This document shows positions 9,156 through 19,462 of a DNA stretch of 64,000 nt, in pieces. This stretch comes from an uncultured virus (IMG/VR IMGVR_UViG_3300031994_000066) (lineage: Duplodnaviria > Heunggongvirae > Uroviricota > Caudoviricetes): IMG/VR virus record IMGVR_UViG_3300031994_000066. The stretch is one strand, 5' to 3'. A model generated the notes under the pieces. It was not told the DNA's origin. It saw only the letters and a list, made by a program, of their open reading frames with translations, and searched no databases. A program made the position numbers and the translations under genes. Position 1 is the first letter of the stretch, and each line of letters starts with the position of its first letter.

Positions 9156-11282
9156 TCAAAATGGCACTCCGCTGTTATCTCCGTCAAACGGCAATTCTGG
9201 GTCTTCGTCAAACGACATATTAGGCATTATCGCTTGTGTGGGCGACGGAACGGTATACGACTGCATCTGTATCTGCGGTGCATCAGGACACCAGTTGTAG
9301 ATGATGTTCTCCGCTACGTCGTTCTTCAGTCGGTTACTCTCCATCTCGAAGAACAGCCTAATGAAATGGTCTACAGCAGAGCCTTTGTCACGGCACTTGC
9401 ATATCTCGATACAGTTCGTGCAATGAGAGTTCAGTATCTCCTCAATTACAGAGTTTGGTAGAAACTCCTTTGCGTTCATACAGAAATCTTGGTTCACTCG
9501 ATGCAGAATAAACACGTTCTGCGCAAGGTCTGGAATATGACCAGAGCCAGAGATGTTGTTCGGTCTCAAGAACGTACCGCTCTTGTTCGGGTGGGCGACA
9601 ATGTGGATGTGGATGTCAAGTTCACGAGCCAGTTCGGTCAACATCTGCATCAAGTTCTTCTGTCGGTCGTTCTTGTCACCGTCAAGGTCATCAATATCCA
9701 GCGTCATAAGGTTGTCAAAGATAGCCATATCAATATCGTTGTTCTTCTTCAACTCCCTCAACTTTTCGACAATCTGCTTGAAATTATTGCCGTACTGGTT
9801 GTTGAATATCCACATATACTTGTCTATCCACGGGTCTATCTTGTCGCACACGTTATCCGGCGTATAGTAGAAATCCTTTACGGTGGTCATCTTGTTGTAC
9901 GTCTTTCCAGCGGCTTGCAAATACAGCCATTTCTTCTCTTCGTCACCGTCCAACTCTCCAGTCCACAATGCGGTCTTGTACTCGCGTTGTGCTGCATTTA
10001 GGATGAGCATATTGAGGATGGTTGTCTTTGCCGAGCCACGGTAGCCAGACCAGACAGATACGTGCTTACGCTTGAAGCCGACCATCAACTTGTCTATCTG
10101 CTCTACACCAGACGGAATGTAGTCCGCGAGGTCGAACTTCGGACGCTTAATCTGCGACATCTTGAGCCATATAGCACCTTTCTCCGCTGTCTCTACCAAA
10201 GGTTGTGTCTCTGGCGGTCGCAGTTGGTACTTGGTCATCTGTTGCATCTGCTTGTACTTGAATTGCTCGTAACTTCTATTGTCGTAAGCGTCACTCTCGT
10301 AATGCAGACGGAAATCACGCCATGTGTAGTTGCTACAAGAGTTGTGATAGCACATAAAAGCCAGAGCTCCGTTGTCGTGCTGGAACACCATACTGTCTGG
10401 GTCTTTGTGTCCGCTGTCAAACGGACATTCCTTGAGGATGTACCTCGTACCTCCAGAAATTTGTACCGCACGATACTCTATGTTGTGCCGGTTGAAGAAA
10501 TCTATGATGTCGAACTTCCCTTGACCGAAATTGTTATCCCTCGACGGTGCTGGACGCTCGTCTGGGTACATATTGGCTATTTTCTCAATATACTCTCGCT
10601 TGTTCGTCTGTATGACATCTGGGCATTTCCACACCTTTGCCAAACGCCACGGATGCTCTGGAGTGTTCGCACCTTTCTTTGCGTATGTACCGTATAGTTT
10701 GCATATCCTACTGGCATTTCCAACCTTTACGTCACAGTCAACCTTTTCGTTAGAGAAAAGCATCGCTATGGCTTTCAGAAACCGCTCCACGAGCTTTGTA
10801 TTCTCTGGTGTGTTCGCAAGGTGTACTGGTATCAGCAAGTGAGTGCCGTTGCCAGACTTACACACGATAGGCTCATAGAAGCCTTGCTCCAAGAGGAAGT
10901 TGTACACCGATTTGGCTACAATCTTCGACTCCTTGAACTGGTCATCGGTACTACCAACACCAGCAGGCCTCTTCGGGTCAAAGTCAAGCAGAATGAAATT
11001 TCTGCCGAGGATGTCTGCATCCGTGGTTGTATTCTTCGGATTTTCTATCATCCGCTCTTGTTGCTGTCGGTCATAGCAGTCTTTGTTGATTGTGTTCAGA
11101 ACAAAGTATATCTGCATATTAGGACGGTCTGACAGTGGAGTGACATCTCTTATCAGATTTTCGATATTGTGGTAGTAACCGCTATAGGTCTTCTTTCCGT
11201 CAAGGCAGCGAACCTCGCACAGTTTACTGCCGTTGTTCTGGAATATAGCCCACCACTTGTATATTTGTTCAAGGTCTACCAT
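9156..11282 (-). CDS. Primase-helicase (N-terminal AEP/prim-pol-like domain, Zn-binding segment, C-terminal SF4 DnaB-like helicase)
   Basis: LLDFD and SGNGTHL primase-like motifs; CPF..H..CYHNSC Zn segment; Walker A-like SGYRGSAKTT; Walker B IFDNL; IVAHPNK and ISGSG SF4 motifs; acidic tail ending PF. Confidence 0.8.
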   Translation of the reverse strand: MVDLEQIYKWWAIFQNNGSKLCEVRCLDGKKTYSGYYHNIENLIRDVTPLSDRPNMQIYFVLNTINKDCYDRQQQERMIENPKNTTTDADILGRNFILLDFDPKRPAGVGSTDDQFKESKIVAKSVYNFLLEQGFYEPIVCKSGNGTHLLIPVHLANTPENTKLVERFLKAIAMLFSNEKVDCDVKVGNASRICKLYGTYAKKGANTPEHPWRLAKVWKCPDVIQTNKREYIEKIANMYPDERPAPSRDNNFGQGKFDIIDFFNRHNIEYRAVQISGGTRYILKECPFDSGHKDPDSMVFQHDNGALAFMCYHNSCSNYTWRDFRLHYESDAYDNRSYEQFKYKQMQQMTKYQLRPPETQPLVETAEKGAIWLKMSQIKRPKFDLADYIPSGVEQIDKLMVGFKRKHVSVWSGYRGSAKTTILNMLILNAAQREYKTALWTGELDGDEEKKWLYLQAAGKTYNKMTTVKDFYYTPDNVCDKIDPWIDKYMWIFNNQYGNNFKQIVEKLRELKKNNDIDMAIFDNLMTLDIDDLDGDKNDRQKNLMQMLTELARELDIHIHIVAHPNKSGTFLRPNNISGSGHIPDLAQNVFILHRVNQDFCMNAKEFLPNSVIEEILNSHCTNCIEICKCRDKGSAVDHFIRLFFEMESNRLKNDVAENIIYNWCPDAPQIQMQSYTVPSPTQAIMPNMSFDEDPELPFDGDNSGVPF

Positions 11283-11285
11283 AGG

Positions 11286-11777
11286 TTACTCCCATTCGTT
11301 AGTTGGTTTTACAAACTGGTCGCGGACGTTGACCGGCTTCTCGTCGATGGTCTCTGGGTCTGGGAACTGGTTGAGGAACGTGGTAAAGTTCTTGAGGTAG
11401 TCTTTTCCGAGTTTGACAGACAACTCGTGCTGCACAACCGCCCTTATCTGCTCTTTCGAGTATTTCTTCATCAGCGTCCGTATCTGCGAGCGGTTCTTGT
11501 CGCACTTTCCGAGCGGTTTGTTACGCTTCGGACACTTGGACGGGTACATCTGGTATATCTCCTCCACAAATGCCTCTTCCTCATCCAGAGTCTCTTTGTC
11601 TCGCTTCACGCGAGCTTCTTTCACCTCCTCCTCAAAGGCATACTGAAATACTGGTTGCTGGTATTGCTGTATCTGCAACACCGATACGAGCCTCAAACCC
11701 TCATCAGCGATGGCATTGAGGCGGTCTTCTTCCATCGGTTCATACGTCGAAACGAGACGATAATGGTACTTTGCCAT
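11286..11777 (-). CDS. Hypothetical replication-associated protein (possible initiator-like C-terminal domain)
   Basis: ATG at 11777 preceded by AAGGAGG; EEIYQMYP and YLKNFTTFLNQ segments; directly upstream of the primase-helicase. Confidence 0.6.
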   Translation of the reverse strand: MAKYHYRLVSTYEPMEEDRLNAIADEGLRLVSVLQIQQYQQPVFQYAFEEEVKEARVKRDKETLDEEEAFVEEIYQMYPSKCPKRNKPLGKCDKNRSQIRTLMKKYSKEQIRAVVQHELSVKLGKDYLKNFTTFLNQFPDPETIDEKPVNVRDQFVKPTNEWE

Positions 11778-11934
11778 ATTTACCTCCTTTTTTGTTGTTT
11801 TTCTACTCTTTATAAAAAAGGGGAGAAGAGGAAAGAGTAGGCTAAAACCTCTTGTCACACGAGGAGCGACCACGCGCTATCTCCCCAAACAACTTTTGCA
11901 AAAATATGCAGTTTAATGAAAACTGCAATAAACT

Positions 11935-12144
11935 TTAACTCTTCTTAACATCTGGTGGTTCGATGATGACGCGACAGTAATTCATTTCCTTATCATCGCA
12001 CTCATCGCATTCCTTTATGTTCTTGAGACCGAGTTCTTGTGCTTCAAGCAGGGCCAGGTGTTGCGCACAGTCGGCTGCTTTGTCGCATCCTATACCCCTA
12101 CAATGGTTGTAACCGTGATGAAATCTCTCTGTATTCTTGCTCAT
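11935..12144 (-). CDS. Small Cys/His-rich hypothetical protein
   Basis: ATG at 12144 downstream of a TATCTTTG -7 box (12188-12195, minus strand). Confidence 0.6.
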   Translation of the reverse strand: MSKNTERFHHGYNHCRGIGCDKAADCAQHLALLEAQELGLKNIKECDECDDKEMNYCRVIIEPPDVKKS

Positions 12145-12227
12145 AACAAACCTTTCCCATCCCGTTAGTGAGAGCGAAAAGGGAGTGCAAAGATACAAAC
12201 AAATCTTCACACTCCCAGATTTTTTAA

Positions 12228-13388
12228 CTATTGATTTGCTTCGGATGCTTCATCGGATGGCTGTTCGTCAGCAGGCTGGACTATTTTCATCGGAGCGATG
12301 ATGACGAGCGGATAGGGGTTGTCGGCAGACTCGACACTTAACACTTTGTCGGCAGACTCGTATCTGACAACGAGCGATGCTGTCTTCACGCAGTTGATAG
12401 CCTTTTCAAGGAAGCTGGTGTTGATTCCTATGCACTCCTCTTTCGAGGACTTGCACATCAATTCCTCCTTGCAGTTCTTCTGGAGCATTATGTCGCCACC
12501 AGTGAGCATCAACGATTCTGGCTTAATATCCATCACCACGAGACCAGACGCTCCGACGGTGACGGACATACGCTTCATAGCCTCCTTGATGTCGTACAGA
12601 GACAGAGACATATTCTGTGTGCGAGGCAGTTCCACCAGACGCTCGACAGCCGGATATATGCCGTCCGTGAGGCGAGCGCAGTACGACAAGGTGCCGCAAC
12701 TTACAACCACGTTCTGTTGACGGATGCTCAACTGAACAATCTCTCCTTGGGCGCACATATCGAGGATAGGCTTAAAGGTGTTCGACGGCAGCATAATGCA
12801 CATCTTCTCTCCGTAATTCTCTGGGAGAGTAAACTGGTTCTTGTACACAACGGCACGGTTTGTCGAGTAACACGTCACGGTGTCGCCCTCGACGATAATC
12901 GCGATGCTGTTGAGGACTGCTTCAGTCTTCTCCGCGTAGATGAAATTTCGACCGTCGGCGATAAACTCCGCGAGGACGGATGACGGCATATTGAAGACCT
13001 TGCTCTCGCCAGACAGAGGCATTGACGGAAATGTGGCAGCGTCAAATGTCGGCATATCAATGTAGCCACGACCGTACACGACGCTCACGGTATTCCTCTC
13101 CGCATCATACAGCATCGTGATTTCCTCATCGCTGATAACGCGGAGTGTCCGCATCAGCAGTTCTTTCTCAACGCAGATGTCGGTCTTCTCTGGAACGTCA
13201 TATCCGAGGTCAATGACCATACGGAGTGTACTTGCCGTGTCCGTCGAGCGGATGACCAGCGTATTCTTGTTGAACGTGAGACGGACGCACTTTGCTATTG
13301 CGACCACATTACTTGTGCCAGCCAACTGACCAGCGATGTTGATGGCATTGACCATCACGGCTCTGTTGAGTTTAAATCTTTTTTCCAT
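12228..13388 (-). CDS. dnaN: DNA polymerase III beta sliding clamp homologue
   Basis: 386 aa with clamp-like pattern: LVIRSTD, AATFP, AVLNSI, CYSTNR, RLTDGIYP, IGINTSFL, C-terminal IIAPMK. Confidence 0.8.
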   Translation of the reverse strand: MEKRFKLNRAVMVNAINIAGQLAGTSNVVAIAKCVRLTFNKNTLVIRSTDTASTLRMVIDLGYDVPEKTDICVEKELLMRTLRVISDEEITMLYDAERNTVSVVYGRGYIDMPTFDAATFPSMPLSGESKVFNMPSSVLAEFIADGRNFIYAEKTEAVLNSIAIIVEGDTVTCYSTNRAVVYKNQFTLPENYGEKMCIMLPSNTFKPILDMCAQGEIVQLSIRQQNVVVSCGTLSYCARLTDGIYPAVERLVELPRTQNMSLSLYDIKEAMKRMSVTVGASGLVVMDIKPESLMLTGGDIMLQKNCKEELMCKSSKEECIGINTSFLEKAINCVKTASLVVRYESADKVLSVESADNPYPLVIIAPMKIVQPADEQPSDEASEANQ

Positions 13389-13407
13389 TTTGTTGTGTAT
13401 TAAATTG

Positions 13408-13563
13408 TTATTTTTTGATATTCGGTTTTCCGCAGTCTACTACTACCTTGACTTTCTCTGCATCTGGAACGGCTCTGACACCGCAGCAGTATTGACAAGT
13501 GAGACAGTTGACGATATTGCAGTCCTTGACAACAATACTGTCTATAACCTTTGCCTTAATCAT
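13408..13563 (-). CDS. Small Cys-rich protein (51 aa, below the ORF-track cutoff)
   Basis: MIKAKVIDSIVVKDCNIVNCLTCQYCC...KPNIKK*; fills the gap between flanking genes. Confidence 0.55.
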   Translation of the reverse strand: MIKAKVIDSIVVKDCNIVNCLTCQYCCGVRAVPDAEKVKVVVDCGKPNIKK

Positions 13564-14014
13564 CGTCACCTCCAGTCTGGCAGACATTTGCGTCTGTCTG
13601 GTCGTGCATCAAAGCGGAACTCTCTGGTTCAAGTGGAGCAAAGGATATTTTCTTCACCTTTCCAAAATTCTCATATTCCTTTCTCACGAGTGCAGCGTAT
13701 CTGTCTTCGAGGATGCGATACTTTTCCTCCAGTTGATTGCGTTCTTTCAGCAAACTCTTATAGTCGAGTTCGATACGCTGTGTGTAAGCATCTTTCTCGA
13801 ACAAGAGACTTTTCACTTGAGACAGACGGACGAAAGTAATGTCACCGTCTTTTTCCTCTGGAGGATATACGATAATCGGTTGTCCGAGCATTTCTCCGTC
13901 ATTTTGACGGATGGAGAAGCCTCTGTCAAGGTCTATCTTCATCAAGCGACGAAACGCCTCAATAGCGTTAGGCTCGACTTTAACCTCTCCAGTAAATTCA
14001 ATCTGTTTTGACAT
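13556..14014 (-). CDS. Hypothetical protein with coiled-coil segment
   Basis: 152-aa ORF in the operon. Confidence 0.65.
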   Translation of the reverse strand: MSKQIEFTGEVKVEPNAIEAFRRLMKIDLDRGFSIRQNDGEMLGQPIIVYPPEEKDGDITFVRLSQVKSLLFEKDAYTQRIELDYKSLLKERNQLEEKYRILEDRYAALVRKEYENFGKVKKISFAPLEPESSALMHDQTDANVCQTGGDDD

Positions 14015-14032
14015 AATGTTGAGTTTATTGGT

Positions 14033-14431
14033 TTAACAATATTTTTCTCTGTATTCAGCAAGCATATCTCGCAGAAGAGTAGGATAGTAGTCGCCATTCT
14101 CTGCCTTGTATGTCTCGAAAGCGTCTATCTCCTCCGGCTTGATGCCAGCACCACGGAGAACGTCGATGCACACTCGATACGCACTGTCATTCTCGCCCAT
14201 CAATTCGCCGACGAAACTCTGAAAGCAGTTCCACCAGCCTTTATCGAAGTCGCTAATCTTCTGCTTGCGACGCGAGCCGTTGCTCTCGTTCCAGTACGCA
14301 TCCTTGCAGGTGCCACAGCAGAACGCTTGACTGTACTGCTTCTTGACAAACTCCTTACCGCACATTGGGCATACGATGGTCTCTCCGACCTTTGCGTTCT
14401 TATTGCTTTGATACTGTTGTTCCTTGTTCAT
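14033..14431 (-). CDS. Hypothetical protein with N-terminal zinc finger
   Basis: CPMCGKEF...FCCGTC motif. Confidence 0.7.
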   Translation of the reverse strand: MNKEQQYQSNKNAKVGETIVCPMCGKEFVKKQYSQAFCCGTCKDAYWNESNGSRRKQKISDFDKGWWNCFQSFVGELMGENDSAYRVCIDVLRGAGIKPEEIDAFETYKAENGDYYPTLLRDMLAEYREKYC

Positions 14432-14798
14432 TTTTCTTGTTTTTTACTATTTCACAGCAGTTTACTATCCACTCCACCAGATAGGCGTGTGTCTCGTCGT
14501 TCATCACATACACCTTTGCACCGATGTATGCGAATATACCGTTGGCACAATGGTCTGCCTCGTGGCTTATGATGCCGGATTTCATATTTTTCTTACCCTT
14601 GAAGCGGATGAGAAGACCACCGAGTTTGTCCTTGCTGCGGACGTGGTACACAGAAGCGTCAGTATAACTCGGTAGTTCGCGGAAGTATTCGTCCGTTCCG
14701 TCACCCTCTGGGAAGAACTCATTGAGCTCGTCGCAAGTAGCGTCATAAGTAATCCACACCTTGCGAGGGTATATAACTGGGTCGAACTGGTGTATCAT
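14400..14798 (-). CDS. Hypothetical protein with HExxH motif
   Basis: ATG at 14798 after AAGGAGG; ISHEADH...DETHAYL. Confidence 0.65.
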   Translation of the reverse strand: MIHQFDPVIYPRKVWITYDATCDELNEFFPEGDGTDEYFRELPSYTDASVYHVRSKDKLGGLLIRFKGKKNMKSGIISHEADHCANGIFAYIGAKVYVMNDETHAYLVEWIVNCCEIVKNKKNEQGTTVSKQ

Positions 14799-15208
14799 TT
14801 GCGACCTCCTTTCTTGTCCTTGTAGATGATATGAATATTCCACAGTTTGGCAAACCAATGCTCCAACCTCGCGCCACGGCTTTCAGTCCAGTCTTCGAGC
14901 ATATAGATGTACTGGCATTTCCTCAAGTGGTTCAAGCAACCGATGATGCAGTACAGCCAACCGTGACCTTTGTAGCCGAAATCAACGGGGTTCACAACCT
15001 CCAGTTTTCTACGGTTGGTCAGCGTGTCGTGAATATGGCAGATGCTCACATACTTGAGGTCATACAGAGGACAAGCGCGGTTGCATTTCGCGTTGTCAAC
15101 GCACGAGCGGTAGTACGTCACCACATCAGCTTTTGCACACTTGAATTTCATTTCATAATCAGGGTCCCCAGTCATCTTACCACTGATATAAATCTTGTCT
15201 GTTTTCAT
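14795..15208 (-). CDS. DUF4406-family (nucleoside deoxyribosyltransferase-like) protein with Cys-rich insert
   Basis: IYISGKMTG, VVNP and IYMLEDWTESRGARLE motifs. Confidence 0.75.
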   Translation of the reverse strand: MKTDKIYISGKMTGDPDYEMKFKCAKADVVTYYRSCVDNAKCNRACPLYDLKYVSICHIHDTLTNRRKLEVVNPVDFGYKGHGWLYCIIGCLNHLRKCQYIYMLEDWTESRGARLEHWFAKLWNIHIIYKDKKGGRK

Positions 15209-15219
15209 ATCTTTGCGTA

Positions 15220-16935
15220 TTAGAATAACAATGTCTGTTGGCTCTCGTTCTCAACGTCGATGAACATCTTGCGAAATATATGGTACAAGCAACTCACGAC
15301 GATGCTGTTTCCAGCGAGTTTCGCCAGTTGCGTCTTCGGTATTCCGGCAGACAGAAGTATGTCAATATCCGGCTCGTCAACGTCCATAATCCTAAACAAC
15401 TCACGCTCCGTAAGGCGACGGATGCAGACGATACGACCATCATACTCCAGTACGCCCATCTGCTTGTGACCGCCTTTCGGCTCTGTGATATTGCGAGCTC
15501 TGTCGTGACCAGTTGTCAGCGTAGAGAAGCATCCATCCTTGTCGCCGTTCAATAGGTACTGTTCTTTCACTTTCAGGCCCTCTCGCTCGCTCCGTAACGT
15601 AGGTGCTACCTCCGCATACTCACGCGGTTCTCTGCAAGCGTAGAAATCCTCGATGATGCTCTTCTCCACCGGCTCGTACTCTTCCTTGACGTAGTTCTGG
15701 GTATTGTCACGCTTACCAGCCGTCACACAGTTAGCAACCTCCACCTCTGGGCGATGCACTATCTCGCCCTTTGAGTCGCGTACCCAGCCGAGAACTGAAC
15801 GCTCTACGAGCATATTGTCTTTTGCCACACTGGTGATAGCACCGCAGATGTCACCGCCCTCTTCGAGGCGTTGCTGGTGTTCGCTTCCGTGCCAGTCGCC
15901 ATCAGAACGCCCTCTTATGGCAGCGATGTTTACCTTTGTCTCAATGACGTGGTTGTTGTCTTGGTACGCACTCGCCTTGACAGTGGGAAACACATCGACG
16001 ATGTTTCCTCTGTTGTAGCCGTGAGGACTGGTGATAATCTTCGGCTCTCTGTTACCGCCGTTGCATGTGTCGAGTGTCGGTGCGATGCCCTCTGGGTCGT
16101 ACACACGACCTGCTTGAGGGTTTCCGTCGTACAGATTTCCTACCACCTCCACAGCGTCCTCCGCTATGAAATTGTCGGTCTTTCTGCCACCCTCGTGAGT
16201 TGTGATGCAGTTGGCGGTCTCTGATTCTTCGGTCTTCGGAGAGAAGACAAAGCCGTTGCCTCTACCGCGTTCTTTGAGTGTGCTTTTTAGCAATCCATCC
16301 ACTCTGTCGGCAGAGAGATAGTAACGCTCATCGACATCCTGCTCCAGAACATCCTTGAGTCTCTTCTCCAGAGGAAACGGCTCTGGAAAGTGGTAGCCGT
16401 CCACCTCCTCACTCGTGGCGACGAGGAACAGACGCTCGCGGTTCTGCGGTACGCCGTACTGTTTTGCGTTCATTATCTTGGTGTGGCACTTGTAGCCGAA
16501 GCCACGCAAGAGGTCTTGGAATCTATTAAACTCACCGATGAACCTTGCACCGACAATGTTCGCGACATTTTCCAGAAGAATATATCTTGGATGTTTTACG
16601 GCGAGGCAGCGGTCTATACTCCAGATAACGGCAGACGCAGCGTCAGTTCCCTCCGTCATACCCTTGAGTTTGCCAGCGGAACTTACACTCTGACATGGCG
16701 ATGACCACGTTAGGATGTCAAAATCAGGAACCGTACTCCAGTCGACAGCCGTAATGTCGCCGTAGGGCTTGATGGCCGGATGGAGAGCGTCGTGTGCTAT
16801 GCAGGCATACTTGTCTATCTCCGAATATCCGACACACTCGAATGAAAAATCTGGATAGTTCTTGACGAGACGCTTGAGAGCGAGAAGCATCGCATCGTAA
16901 CCAGCAAAGGCTGAAAATATCTTAATCACTTCCAT
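15220..16935 (-). CDS. DNA (cytosine-5)-methyltransferase with long variable region
   Basis: Motif I FAGYDA, motif IV SSPCQ, motif VI LLENV, motif VIII QNRERLF, motif X LAGNSIVV; start taken at ATG 16935. Confidence 0.9.
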   Translation of the reverse strand: MEVIKIFSAFAGYDAMLLALKRLVKNYPDFSFECVGYSEIDKYACIAHDALHPAIKPYGDITAVDWSTVPDFDILTWSSPCQSVSSAGKLKGMTEGTDAASAVIWSIDRCLAVKHPRYILLENVANIVGARFIGEFNRFQDLLRGFGYKCHTKIMNAKQYGVPQNRERLFLVATSEEVDGYHFPEPFPLEKRLKDVLEQDVDERYYLSADRVDGLLKSTLKERGRGNGFVFSPKTEESETANCITTHEGGRKTDNFIAEDAVEVVGNLYDGNPQAGRVYDPEGIAPTLDTCNGGNREPKIITSPHGYNRGNIVDVFPTVKASAYQDNNHVIETKVNIAAIRGRSDGDWHGSEHQQRLEEGGDICGAITSVAKDNMLVERSVLGWVRDSKGEIVHRPEVEVANCVTAGKRDNTQNYVKEEYEPVEKSIIEDFYACREPREYAEVAPTLRSEREGLKVKEQYLLNGDKDGCFSTLTTGHDRARNITEPKGGHKQMGVLEYDGRIVCIRRLTERELFRIMDVDEPDIDILLSAGIPKTQLAKLAGNSIVVSCLYHIFRKMFIDVENESQQTLLF

Positions 16936-17654
16936 CAGAACAGTTGTGTTTGAGCCGAGAAGAGGTTTATCTTCTCCAAGGCGTTGTTGTAATACTCTGT
17001 GTTTATCTCCGCACCGATATAGTCGCGACCGCACATCTTTGCTGCGAGAGCCGTAGAACCGCTCCCCATAAACGGGTCGAGAACCAGCTCCCCTCTCTCC
17101 GTAGAGTTGCGGATAAGCACCTCCAGAAGAGACGTTGGCTTCTCCGTATAGTGAATGGTCTTATCTCCGAACTTGGTCTTTGTCACAGGCACCTTGAGGA
17201 TGTCCGGCGTATTGAACTCCTTGATAGGGAACTCGCCTCCCTTACGCAGGAAGATGATGTACTCAAAGCATCCCATATAGTACCTTGATGGCAGTTGACG
17301 GCACTTATCCCAGATGAGACACTTTACGAAGTTGAACTCCGAATCGTCAATCACCTGCAAGAAATGAGTGAGGTTGAGGTTGTTGACCATAATATAGCAA
17401 TGGGCGCGGTCACGCAGTACGCGGTACAACTCTGGAAGATAGTCGGCGATGTCGATGTCATTGTCCTCGAAAATCTTACCTTTCCGAGAGGCGTTGCTCT
17501 GCCATTCTCCGTTTATCATACTCTTTTTGGAGTTGCCGTGAGGTGTAACTGGATAAGGAGGGTCTGTGACGATGCAATCGACACAACCGTCGGACATCTC
17601 GCGCAGGACGTCCATACAGTCCATATTGTAGATGGTGTTCCTATTCGGTTTCAT
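16935..17654 (-). CDS. DNA amino-methyltransferase (N6A/N4C, beta class)
   Basis: Catalytic DPPY precedes the SAM-binding LDPFMGSGST; HYTEKP motif. Confidence 0.9.
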   Translation of the reverse strand: MKPNRNTIYNMDCMDVLREMSDGCVDCIVTDPPYPVTPHGNSKKSMINGEWQSNASRKGKIFEDNDIDIADYLPELYRVLRDRAHCYIMVNNLNLTHFLQVIDDSEFNFVKCLIWDKCRQLPSRYYMGCFEYIIFLRKGGEFPIKEFNTPDILKVPVTKTKFGDKTIHYTEKPTSLLEVLIRNSTERGELVLDPFMGSGSTALAAKMCGRDYIGAEINTEYYNNALEKINLFSAQTQLF

Positions 17655-18075
17655 CTTCATCCTCCATTTCCTCAATGGCATTGGCGAACAACGCCAGCAG
17701 TTTGTCTGACATCCTGCGGAAGACATCGAGCGTACATCCGTATGTCTTCTCGCAGTGCATCAGCGTCGCGTCGTAAGGCATTGTAATCGGAAGACCGTGC
17801 GCGACGATATACAGACGTTGTGCTTGTCTTCTGGTGAGTGGTTTTCCGAGTTCAAAAGGCTCGTCTTTCTTCACCTCGCGGAACACGACTGAAGTCTTGT
17901 CCGTCCTTTGGCTCATATCACACCGTCCAGCACAGCCAGAGGCGGCGCAGTAGTCCTCTCCGAGAAGATGTGCGTGGTATATGCACGGGTCGCATATCCC
18001 AGGTTCGCAGGCTATGCACTTGATTTGTTTCTTGAGGCGTTCATCGTAGAACACCTCGCCTATTCTTCTTTCCAT
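17641..18075 (-). CDS. Hypothetical Cys-rich protein
   Basis: 144-aa ORF overlapping the methyltransferase start. Confidence 0.65.
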   Translation of the reverse strand: MERRIGEVFYDERLKKQIKCIACEPGICDPCIYHAHLLGEDYCAASGCAGRCDMSQRTDKTSVVFREVKKDEPFELGKPLTRRQAQRLYIVAHGLPITMPYDATLMHCEKTYGCTLDVFRRMSDKLLALFANAIEEMEDEDETE

Positions 18076-18090
18076 ATTAAACTCCTTTCG

Positions 18091-18558
18091 TTATTTCTTT
18101 GAACTCATTTTGCACAAGTGGTAGCAGATAGCCTCCCATAGGTCTTTGAGTGCTTTCGCGAGCTTGTTGTACGCACCGTGTACGCTACAATATTCAACGA
18201 TGTCCTCCATAAGAAGCAGACCGCCGTTCAGAACGTGTTGTTGGAGGTCTGGAGAGAGGAGGCATGTCTGTTCGAGCGTAGGACGAACCCACTGGTGTAT
18301 CTCAACGCCGAGCCTTGTGGCCTCGTACTTTGATATGGTGTCTCTGTGTGTAGCCGTCATCGGCTGTTGCTCGTCGCTACAATGTCTGCATACCATACAG
18401 AAAGGCGTAACGCCCTTGTCGATATACTCCGTGTAGAAGCGATGTCCGTTCTTGCAGATATAGACATCAACCTTGCCGCGACCGTCGTACCCGCCTTTCT
18501 CCACCATATCAAGCATTGAGCTGTACGACTCTCTGATTTGTTTCTTGTTTTTTCTCAT
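18091..18558 (-). CDS. Hypothetical protein with CxxxH/CxxC motifs
   Basis: ATG at 18558; CKNGH and CRHC motifs. Confidence 0.6.
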   Translation of the reverse strand: MRKNKKQIRESYSSMLDMVEKGGYDGRGKVDVYICKNGHRFYTEYIDKGVTPFCMVCRHCSDEQQPMTATHRDTISKYEATRLGVEIHQWVRPTLEQTCLLSPDLQQHVLNGGLLLMEDIVEYCSVHGAYNKLAKALKDLWEAICYHLCKMSSKK

Positions 18559-18665
18559 TATTCCTACTTTTTTGAGTTTCGTTGTTATTGTCTTCCCTAT
18601 AGAAAGGGCAGTCTCTACATTCAACTATCACGCACCATCTCTGGTGTATCTTTGCGGTACACATA

Positions 18666-19046
18666 TCACGCTCCCTCCGCTATCACGTCTTCAACCTCAA
18701 GCCCCATACGCTCGCAGATGGTTATCAGATGGTTCTTCCGATTCCTCACGGCGTTCATAGCGTCGAAGTATTGCTTTTTCGCCTTGTCGAGAAGATACTG
18801 CCACGCATCGGCTTTCTCCGTGAACAGGACGGCGTTTGTCGGCATACTCTGTCTGGATGCGTTGTTGTTCGGACACATAGTGAACCAGTCCTCATAGTCC
18901 TTGCTCTTCCTTGTCGTGACGCGGATGTGCGTCCGCTTCTTGAAGTGTTCGACGTGCTTGACCGTCTCGCCCAGCACGATGTCACCGACAGCGACATACA
19001 CGATGTCGCCATCAACAACGTCCGCAAATGTCTTTTTCTCGCTCAT
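18666..19046 (-). CDS. Hypothetical protein (126 aa)
   Basis: ORF with ATGA overlap. Confidence 0.65.
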   Translation of the reverse strand: MSEKKTFADVVDGDIVYVAVGDIVLGETVKHVEHFKKRTHIRVTTRKSKDYEDWFTMCPNNNASRQSMPTNAVLFTEKADAWQYLLDKAKKQYFDAMNAVRNRKNHLITICERMGLEVEDVIAEGA

Positions 19047-19462
19047 TCGTACAACCCTCCTTTCGGCAGAAGCCAGAAGTCTTTTGATAATTCATTGAGA
19101 TGGTCGTCCGTCCAAACCGGCGGCTGCGTCTCGTCGATACTTTGCTGATACCAGTCTTGCAGATAGCCAACACCGACAAACGGTGTTTCCTTTCCATCTT
19201 TCTCCCTCATCTCTGTCGTTGCTTTCAGCGCGTTGATGACAAGGTTGTATATATCGTCGCGGTCATACATACACGACGCTATTGCGAGACAGGCATCTTT
19301 CGCTTCACCCTCTCCGATGCAAGCACTTTTATGCCCGTCCTCGCATCCAGCAAAAGCGATGAAGTTATCCATACCGTCCTTACGGCATCTGGAGGTGAAG
19401 TCCTCCATACTTTCAAAAGGTCTGTTGTCCATATCTACTCTTTTTTTAAGAATTGTTGTCAT
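19043..19462 (-). CDS. Hypothetical protein; C-terminal module shared with the upstream gene
   Basis: YLQDWYQQSIDETQPPVWTDDHLNELSKDF. Confidence 0.7.
   Translation of the reverse strand: MTTILKKRVDMDNRPFESMEDFTSRCRKDGMDNFIAFAGCEDGHKSACIGEGEAKDACLAIASCMYDRDDIYNLVINALKATTEMREKDGKETPFVGVGYLQDWYQQSIDETQPPVWTDDHLNELSKDFWLLPKGGLYE

Noticed and set aside
15220..17654. Complete restriction-modification system
   Set aside because: No adjacent restriction endonuclease is recognisable; the methyltransferases look like orphan protective enzymes.
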